NCBI GenBank assembly: GCA_045805065.1
Contig: JBJMMA010000031.1
Span: 1 to 17,516 of the forward strand
Direction: 5' to 3'
DNA length: 17,516 nucleotides
DNA from: Bdellovibrionia bacterium
GTDB lineage: Bacteria; Bdellovibrionota; UBA1018
Both the position numbers and the translations under genes were made by a program. The notes under the pieces were generated by a model, which made no database searches, had not been told where the DNA came from, and saw only the letters and a program-made list of their open reading frames with translations. This document shows, piece by piece, positions 8,838 to 15,331 of the stretch. The number at the start of each line of letters is the position of its first letter. Position 1 is the stretch's first letter.

Positions 8838-11039
8838 GTGAGCAAGAGTGCCGAGTCCAAAGGCCGCGCCAGCGGCAAGACCGCTGCACAAGTGCCCCCT
8901 GCCCTCACGCCCATCCAATTCGTAAAAGGCGTAGGCCCAAGACTAGGAATGATCTTCGAGAGCCGTGGAGTATCCACGGTAAAAGATCTTCTGCATTTCT
9001 TCCCGCGTGCATACGAAGACCGCTCCAAATTATTAACCGTAGCAGAATTGACCGACGGTGAAACCGCCACCGTCGCAGTCAGAGTTCTCACAAGCCGGAA
9101 AATCCCCATCCGCAACGGCAGAAGCATCTTAGAAGTCCGTTGCACCGACGATACTGCCACTCTTCATCTGAAATGGTTCCATGCCCCACGCGGAATGGAA
9201 GCGCGCTTTCAAGCGGGCACGCAAATCATCGTCACTGGTGCCGTCAAAGTCTACATGGGTAAGCCCGAAATTGTTCACCCTGAGATTACCTGGGGCGTGA
9301 GCTCATTGGCTTCTGAAAACGGCGAGAGCGCTGACTTTGGTCGCGTGGTTCCGATCTATACCGAGATCGAAGGTGTCTCGAGCCGCATTCTTCGTAAAGT
9401 GCTTTGGGAAGCTCTTGAGAAGTACTCCTTTGCTTTGAGCGAAGACCTGCCCGAACCTTATCTCAACAAGCATCGCCTCCCAAAGCTTGCGCAAGCGATC
9501 CGGGAGATCCATTTTCCGCAAGACAACGCCATTGAGCTTTTAGAGTTCAATACCCCTGCTCACTGGCGCCTGATCTACGAAGAGTTTTTCAAGTTTGAAT
9601 ACCTGGTATTGCGCCAGCGTCTGAAGATGGAAAAGCACTTTGCCGTTCCATTCGGACCAGAAGGCGGTCTTGAAGGTTCACGCGCGCTTGCAAAGCTTCT
9701 CCCCTTTCAACTGACTCAAGGACAAGGGAAAGCCGTACAGGATATCTTGGGCGATATCTCGCAGCCTCATCCGATGAATCGCCTGATCCAAGGCGATGTG
9801 GGCTCCGGAAAAACGGCTGTCGCTTTCATCACGGCAGGTTGCGTGCTCGCCGAAGGTGGCCAGGCTGCCCTGATGGCACCGACTGAAATTCTGGCTGAGC
9901 AACATTACAAAAACGCTGTGAAGCTTTTTGGCGGAAAACTCAATGTCGCGCTCTTAACGGGGAAAACCACGACGTCCGAGAGAAACGCGCTACTGTCGCG
10001 CTTGGCTGGTGGTGAACCAATTCTTTTGATCGGCACTCATGCGCTTCTGGAAGATCCTGTCGTCTTTAAAAACCTTTGCTACACCTTGATTGACGAGCAA
10101 CATCGCTTTGGCGTTGAGCAACGTAGAACGCTTCGCCAAAAAGGAACTCGCAAAGACCCTAAAACGGGTCAGATGATATTGCCTCACAATCTGATTTTGA
10201 CTGCGACACCGATTCCAAGAACTTTGGCGCTTACGGCTTATGGCGATCTGGCAGTGACCAGCATCACAGAGCTTCCGCCTGGACGCACTCCGATCATTAC
10301 TAAGCTCGTTAAAGATAAGGCTGAGCAGGCAAAAGCTTATCAGCAGATTCGCGATGAACTGAAAGCCGGGCATCAAGCTTATTTTATTTATCCGCTGGTC
10401 AATGACAGCGAAGCCGAGGGCTTTACGCAGCTGAAATCCGCTGTCGCAGAAGCTGAAAATCTTCAGCACGAGATTTTCCCAGAATATAAAGTGGGACTGC
10501 TCCACGGTCAGATGCGGCCTGATGAAAAAGCCAAGGTGATGGATCAGTTTCAGCGAAAAGAGATCCATATTCTGGTGTCGACCACAGTTGTGGAAGTGGG
10601 CGTCGACGTTCCCAATGCCACGATCATGGTGATTGAGCACGCCGAGCGCTTTGGTCTCTCGCAGCTTCATCAACTTCGTGGACGCGTGGGTCGTGGCGCT
10701 AAGCAATCGTATTGCTTTCTTTTCACTCATGCCAAGACGGGCGAAATCACTACGATGCGCCTCGATGTGCTCGAAAAGACCAATGACGGCTTTAAGATCG
10801 CTGAAGCCGATCTTGAGATCCGCGGCCCTGGTGAGTTCTTAGGCACTCGCCAATCCGGCGGTCTCCCATTTAGGATGGCGCATTTGGTGCGTGACCGCGA
10901 ATGGCTGCTTAAGGCACGCGATGATGCTGCCGAACTTTTGAAAGAAGACCCAGAACTCGTATTACCCGAACACCTTCCTTTGCGCAGGTACTATGAGCGT
11001 GAAGGAAACATCCAATTCGAAAGGTTGAAGACGTCATGA
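8838..11039 (+). CDS. recG: ATP-dependent DNA helicase RecG
   Basis: KGVGP, PRAYEDR, wedge OB domain, QGDVGSGKT, APTEILAEQH, DEQHRFG, TATPIPRTL, QLHQLRGRVGRG and DLEIRGPGE..G.RQSG. Start likely the GTG at 8838, just after the greA stop. Confidence 0.98.
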   Translation: MSKSAESKGRASGKTAAQVPPALTPIQFVKGVGPRLGMIFESRGVSTVKDLLHFFPRAYEDRSKLLTVAELTDGETATVAVRVLTSRKIPIRNGRSILEVRCTDDTATLHLKWFHAPRGMEARFQAGTQIIVTGAVKVYMGKPEIVHPEITWGVSSLASENGESADFGRVVPIYTEIEGVSSRILRKVLWEALEKYSFALSEDLPEPYLNKHRLPKLAQAIREIHFPQDNAIELLEFNTPAHWRLIYEEFFKFEYLVLRQRLKMEKHFAVPFGPEGGLEGSRALAKLLPFQLTQGQGKAVQDILGDISQPHPMNRLIQGDVGSGKTAVAFITAGCVLAEGGQAALMAPTEILAEQHYKNAVKLFGGKLNVALLTGKTTTSERNALLSRLAGGEPILLIGTHALLEDPVVFKNLCYTLIDEQHRFGVEQRRTLRQKGTRKDPKTGQMILPHNLILTATPIPRTLALTAYGDLAVTSITELPPGRTPIITKLVKDKAEQAKAYQQIRDELKAGHQAYFIYPLVNDSEAEGFTQLKSAVAEAENLQHEIFPEYKVGLLHGQMRPDEKAKVMDQFQRKEIHILVSTTVVEVGVDVPNATIMVIEHAERFGLSQLHQLRGRVGRGAKQSYCFLFTHAKTGEITTMRLDVLEKTNDGFKIAEADLEIRGPGEFLGTRQSGGLPFRMAHLVRDREWLLKARDDAAELLKEDPELVLPEHLPLRRYYEREGNIQFERLKTS

Positions 11040-11560
11040 ACAAAAAATTCCTCGCTCCTTTTCTTGCTGCTCTCGCTCCCGCTCTTGCAGGCGCTCAAGG
11101 TGGAATCGCTCCAGGCGAGAAGGCCCCTGAGTTTGCTCTGAAGAACCAGAACGGCCAAATCGTGCGCCTTTCTGAGCAACGTGGAAAGTTTGTCCTGATT
11201 TACTTCTATCCAAAAGACGACACCCCAGGCTGCACCAAGGAAGCTTGCAACTTTCGTGATGAGTATTCTGAGATCAAGAAACTGAATGCGGTCGTTTTCG
11301 GTGTTTCAAGACAAGACGAAAAGAGCCACCAGAAGTTCATCGCCAAGCACAAGCTTCCGTTTGACTTGTTAGTCGACTCGGATGGCGAAGTCGCTAAAGC
11401 TTATGGCGTAGGAACGATGCCGGTTGTTGGCTTTCACAAGCGCCAAAGCATTTTGATCGGTCCAGACGGAAAGGTTCTGCATTTCTACGGAGACGTGGAT
11501 CCTGCGAAACACGTCTCCGAAGTCATTGCCGATATTAAAAAAGCCGGTACTCAAAGCTGA
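11036..11560 (+). CDS. bcp: Peroxiredoxin, BCP/PrxQ family, with a predicted N-terminal signal peptide
   Basis: YFYPKDDTPGCTKEACNFRD (PxxxTxxC and CxxxxC) and LPFDLLVD. N-terminus MNKKFLAPFLAALAPALAGA. ATGA overlap with the recG stop. Confidence 0.92.
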   Translation: MNKKFLAPFLAALAPALAGAQGGIAPGEKAPEFALKNQNGQIVRLSEQRGKFVLIYFYPKDDTPGCTKEACNFRDEYSEIKKLNAVVFGVSRQDEKSHQKFIAKHKLPFDLLVDSDGEVAKAYGVGTMPVVGFHKRQSILIGPDGKVLHFYGDVDPAKHVSEVIADIKKAGTQS

Positions 11561-14243
11561 AGATTGGCTCGTACGGAGGTTTGGATTTCAGCTGATCTTC
11601 ATCCTCCAGCTTTTTGACGAACGCTTCAGTTTCAGCCTTCCAAGGGTTTACGGACCTTTCGAAGTTTCCGAACTCGCCCTTTGGCGTGAGGCTGAAGCTG
11701 TTGCCTTCATAATAGACGTGTCCATTCACGACTTGAGTCTTTGCGAGCGTTGACCAAAGAAGGCTTCCGTTCGAGTACAGGTAGAAGTCGTTCTTCCATT
11801 GGAAACCGCCAAAGCTTGCTGGTTGAGCGAGCCATCCATAGATGGGGGTGCCGTTTGGATAGAAGGCCACGAGCTTGGATTCGAGCTGGCCTCCTGTTGA
11901 GATGGAGGTGACTACTTGGTATGGGCCAAAGCTGAGGACCTGACCCGGCATATAGCTTGCGCCATAGACCTGGCCATTTGAGTAAAAGTAGGCTGGCGTC
12001 GAACGAGTCTTCAGTCCACCCACTTTGTTTCCTGCAGCTAACAGCGCGGCACGAAGCCTGCCATTCGAGTAGAACGTCACGTTACCACCGAAACCGCCCA
12101 CAGTCGTATCCCAGTTGCTCTTCCAACCACCCCAGCCTTCGACCTGCTCGACTGATTGAGCGAGCTGAAATCCCTGATAAGATCCGCCGACAGCAGTAAG
12201 AGAAATCGGATATCCTTCCTGATAGAAGTTAACAGGAGTGTCTGCCTTGATTTGAATGCCACGGTACACGCCACCGTTTGCGACTAATATATTAATGCTG
12301 CCATTCGGGAAAAAGGCGATACCGCTGCCCGGTTTGATCAGAATCCCTTGGTAGGATCTCGGCTCCGAATTCAGCGTTCCCTCCTGCACTTGGCCGCTTT
12401 CATAAAAGTGAACCCACGACTTTGCAGCAAAAGTCCAACCGCCGATCGTGACATCCTGATCAGGTTGAATGTATTCGACTTTACCGTTCGCGTGAAAAGT
12501 AACGCGAGTGCCAGGAACGTTTCTCACGCCTTGAAAGCTCTCGCTTTGATATGGCGCAATGCCCATGATCTGGCCATTTTCATAGAAAGAGATGTTGGAA
12601 TTTTGCGCGAGCACTATTCCGTTATAAACACCTGAGGCTCGTTCAAACCCTTTAACCGCACCACTCTCGTAGAAAGACACGCTGGACTTTGCGAACTCAA
12701 TCCCGTTGTAAACACCTGAGGCGCTTGCTGCACTTAAGATGACACCCTTCTCACTGAGAGTAATCCAAGATTTAGGTTGAATCACAAAGTCATTCAGCTT
12801 GTACTCTTTTGCTACGCTAAGACCGCTAATCCCGCCCTTGGAATTAAATTCAACATAGCACTCAAAGCAGATTGGTAAATTTGCATAAACCTTAGGATCA
12901 GTCGAAGGATCCAAATAAGCCTTCTTGATCATGCCATCTGGAGTCAGCTCCAGAAGTTGGTCCTTTTGAAGCACGATCCCATGCCCCACCGAGGCGGCTT
13001 GGCTCAGTACTCCCTGGAGAGGCCGTGCGGTTGCTGGATCAAATTTGATCTCGCTGACACGCCCGTTGTATCCCTTTCCGATTTTAAAGCGGAAATTTTG
13101 GCCATTTTTGTCCGTAAAAGAAAGAATGGATTTTCCATCGCAATAGTTAGTATCGATTAAATCCATCCAACCGCTGCCTTTCTTTTGCACCGTAGAGGAA
13201 CTCATCAAAGACAGCCCACGAACCAGCTTGCCATCGGCTCGGTTCGCGGATTCCGTTTGAATCTCTGCAAGTCCGAAGAGCGGGTCGGAGCAACGAGGAT
13301 CAGGAGTGATGATCCTGAACTCATTTCCATTCAGGCTGAATCGCTCCTCGAATAGTCTAATGTTAAAACCATATTCCTTCAGTTCTGTTGGGTCTTGGTC
13401 AAAGCCCTTCAAGTCTTTGAACTCTTCGTCAGCAACGGTTACGAAGGCGTCATAGATCCTGATCTTCATTTTCTTGGCATATGACAACTCTGATCCCGAC
13501 GATACGCGATCAACATCAGGCCGTGCATCTAATGAGCTGGAGATTTCCTTGAGACGGGAACGCACGGATTCGTCATTTGCTCCGCCAAGCTGAGCGATGA
13601 GTCTTACCACCTCCCTGGTATTGAGAGAGTTCGTATCCGCTAAAACTGCATACACGAGTTCATGAAGAACGAGTGCGGCTTGCTCTTTCACTGACATCTT
13701 TTGAAAGAGGCGCTCGTCGATTCTGAACTGGATTTCTCCTGCCAGGTGATCTTGACGAGCGATCTGCATGAGAACGCAGCGAGGAGGAAATGTGATCGCA
13801 TTCATTGTATCGTCAATTGCCAGAGGCGACATGGGCTTGATGCTCCAGTTTTTCCCTGGAAGTGGATTTTGATCCAGGATGCCCTTCACATAACCGGCAA
13901 CCCAGACCCCGGTTTCTGCAAATTGATCTGTCTTTTCCCGAACGATATCGCCAAGGGTGCTCTGAGCCGTGTTGAAACTCACCGACTTCTCATAGAGATC
14001 GAGCGGAGTCACATCCGTAATCGTGTTGATTGCGACATCTGCCAATGGATCCTGCGCCAGGGCAGGATACTTCAGATTTTTCAGAAGGGACTTTCTGACA
14101 TGACTTGCGACGTCGTTTGAATTGAAGCAAACGACTCCGCCTCCCCCGTTTCCTGCTTCTTTTCCTGCAAACGCGGGAGATTGGATAGAGACTCCTGCAA
14201 TCGCAGTGAGAACAACTAATCGGATGAGTTTTGAACCTTTCAT
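11535..14243 (-). CDS. Large secreted hypothetical protein (902 aa): GNGG/HExxY N-terminal domain and C-terminal FYxNG (MORN-variant-like) repeat solenoid
   Basis: Sec signal peptide ending in AFA, then GKEAGNGGGGVVC; AALVLHELVYAV; about 15 repeats of about 30 aa. AAGGAG SD lies 8 nt upstream of the ATG. Confidence 0.85.
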   Translation of the reverse strand: MKGSKLIRLVVLTAIAGVSIQSPAFAGKEAGNGGGGVVCFNSNDVASHVRKSLLKNLKYPALAQDPLADVAINTITDVTPLDLYEKSVSFNTAQSTLGDIVREKTDQFAETGVWVAGYVKGILDQNPLPGKNWSIKPMSPLAIDDTMNAITFPPRCVLMQIARQDHLAGEIQFRIDERLFQKMSVKEQAALVLHELVYAVLADTNSLNTREVVRLIAQLGGANDESVRSRLKEISSSLDARPDVDRVSSGSELSYAKKMKIRIYDAFVTVADEEFKDLKGFDQDPTELKEYGFNIRLFEERFSLNGNEFRIITPDPRCSDPLFGLAEIQTESANRADGKLVRGLSLMSSSTVQKKGSGWMDLIDTNYCDGKSILSFTDKNGQNFRFKIGKGYNGRVSEIKFDPATARPLQGVLSQAASVGHGIVLQKDQLLELTPDGMIKKAYLDPSTDPKVYANLPICFECYVEFNSKGGISGLSVAKEYKLNDFVIQPKSWITLSEKGVILSAASASGVYNGIEFAKSSVSFYESGAVKGFERASGVYNGIVLAQNSNISFYENGQIMGIAPYQSESFQGVRNVPGTRVTFHANGKVEYIQPDQDVTIGGWTFAAKSWVHFYESGQVQEGTLNSEPRSYQGILIKPGSGIAFFPNGSINILVANGGVYRGIQIKADTPVNFYQEGYPISLTAVGGSYQGFQLAQSVEQVEGWGGWKSNWDTTVGGFGGNVTFYSNGRLRAALLAAGNKVGGLKTRSTPAYFYSNGQVYGASYMPGQVLSFGPYQVVTSISTGGQLESKLVAFYPNGTPIYGWLAQPASFGGFQWKNDFYLYSNGSLLWSTLAKTQVVNGHVYYEGNSFSLTPKGEFGNFERSVNPWKAETEAFVKKLEDEDQLKSKPPYEPIFSFEYRLF
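11660..13050 (-). repeat. Coding tandem repeats, about 15 x 28-31 aa, consensus (V/I)xF(Y/H)x(N/S)Gx(V/I)...(Y/F)xG(I/F)
   Basis: Units include VSFYESG, ISFYENG, VTFHANG, VHFYESG, IAFFPNG, VNFYQEG, VTFYSNG, AYFYSNG, VAFYPNG and FYLYSNG. A DNA-level direct repeat CCGTTRTAAACACCTGAGGC occurs at 12619-12638 and 12703-12722. Confidence 0.85.
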
Positions 14244-14251
14244 ACTCTTGG

Positions 14252-14257
14252 CTCCTT
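14252..14257 (-). promoter_or_regulatory. Shine-Dalgarno sequence of the 902-aa gene
   Basis: AAGGAG on the minus strand, 8 nt before the ATG at 14243. Confidence 0.75.
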
Positions 14258-14271
14258 AAATACTTTCTTGG

Positions 14272-15108
14272 TCAATTCGTTTCTTGGTTTGAATTTTGGT
14301 CGGATAAATTTTGATCCAGTGGAAAAAGCTGGAGAGCGATGCAGTAGACCCGATCTTTATTAGGATTGGCTTGCATCCGCTGGGTAAATCGTCTGCGAAA
14401 CTCTTTGAGCATCGCACGCGCTTCAGGGAGATCTTCTTGCGAGATCGCAAGCGTCACAGCTGAAAAATCGCGCTCGTGAATAGGTACAGACTCAAGCGCA
14501 TAATCCGCTTTTTGTAAAATCTGCGAATGGTGCTCGCGGAGCTCGCGAGATGGGATTCCACTAGGCGTTGCGAGATCGACTTGGGTTTGAACCAAGCTTT
14601 GATCTTTCTCAGTCAAAAGACCAAAATCGAGAAGCCTTTGGATCGCAAGCGTCACTTCGGCCGGAGAGATTCCTAAGCGCTTTGCAATCCACGAAGGCTC
14701 GGAGCGAAAGCCTTTCACTTCCGTCAGCTCCAGGATCGCAAAGTGGTACCAATCCGAGATGATCTTGAAGCGCTCAAGATCAAGCTCCCCAAAACCCTGC
14801 TCTTCCATGAATGCCTGGACCAGCTCATCGGCCTTTCGCTTGGCGAGCTTGCTTCGCGCATGCTCACGCTCGACAAGTGACACGAAGAACTCGCGTTCAC
14901 TTGTTGAGAGTTGAAGCTTCTCTGCGATGGCGTTGGCTCGCTCTGCGGAAAATCCTCGGGTGCCCTTAAGCGCTTGCGAAAGCTTTGGGGCTGGAAGCCC
15001 AAGATCACGCGCGAAGGCCCGCAACGAGTAACTCGGATTGCGGCGCTTTCTGAGGGCATACTCCCTCTGCAGTAATGTGCGATACGTGATCGCCTGTTCG
15101 GTTTGCAT
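14272..15108 (-). CDS. TIGR02147-like protein (N-terminal HTH plus DUF4423-like domain), putative transcriptional regulator
   Basis: RNPSYSLRAFARDLGL..PKLSQ.LKG.RG, ISDWYHFAILEL, WIAKRLGIS, LREHHSQIL, ERDFSAVTLAI and VYCIALQLFPL. Start taken as the ATG at 15108 (MQTEQAITYR). Confidence 0.88.
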   Translation of the reverse strand: MQTEQAITYRTLLQREYALRKRRNPSYSLRAFARDLGLPAPKLSQALKGTRGFSAERANAIAEKLQLSTSEREFFVSLVEREHARSKLAKRKADELVQAFMEEQGFGELDLERFKIISDWYHFAILELTEVKGFRSEPSWIAKRLGISPAEVTLAIQRLLDFGLLTEKDQSLVQTQVDLATPSGIPSRELREHHSQILQKADYALESVPIHERDFSAVTLAISQEDLPEARAMLKEFRRRFTQRMQANPNKDRVYCIALQLFPLDQNLSDQNSNQETN

Positions 15109-15114
15109 GGGCCG

Positions 15115-15143
15115 CTTATAGCAGCGCATAACGCATGCGGCAA
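15115..15143 (-). promoter_or_regulatory. Putative sigma70 promoter giving a leaderless TIGR02147 mRNA
   Basis: Minus strand reads TTGCCG (15143-15138), 17 nt ending in TGc, TATAAG (15120-15115), 6 nt, then the ATG at 15108. Confidence 0.55.
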
Positions 15144-15149
15144 TACTTA

Positions 15150-15168
15150 GGGTAACAAAGCGTTACCC
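15150..15168. promoter_or_regulatory. Operator-like inverted repeat GGGTAAC-N5-GTTACCC
   Basis: Perfect 7-bp arms, 6 bp upstream of the putative -35. An extra TTACCCG half-site lies 10 bp further on (15173-15179). Confidence 0.6.
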
Positions 15169-15294
15169 GAAATTACCCGTTCTGAGTGGGCTAAAGGTAT
15201 GCCATCTCGACTGAACTATAATTAAGTACTTTCAATAGCTTAGGCGCTTCCAAGATGCCGAAAGCCGGAGCTGATTCCTACTTTCAGACCCTGC

Positions 15295-15326
15295 CGCACC
15301 GCTTCTTCGCGCGAAGAAGCGGTGCG
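15295..15326. terminator. Perfect 32-bp palindrome/hairpin (terminator-like or RNA-stabilising stem)
   Basis: CGCACCGCTTCTTCGC|GCGAAGAAGCGGTGCG, 5 nt after the stop of the large minus-strand gene. A T-rich tail (TTATTT) is present only on the plus strand. Confidence 0.6.
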
Positions 15327-15331
15327 TTATT

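Noticed and set aside
8399..10730. Minus-strand ORFs of 253 and 246 aa opposite greA/recG
   Set aside because: Shadow ORFs of well-supported plus-strand genes.
11660..13050. Possible diversity-generating retroelement target or CRISPR-like array in the repeat region
   Set aside because: No reverse transcriptase, no template/variable repeat pair differing only at adenines, and no constant-repeat/spacer structure. The repeats are in-frame protein repeats.
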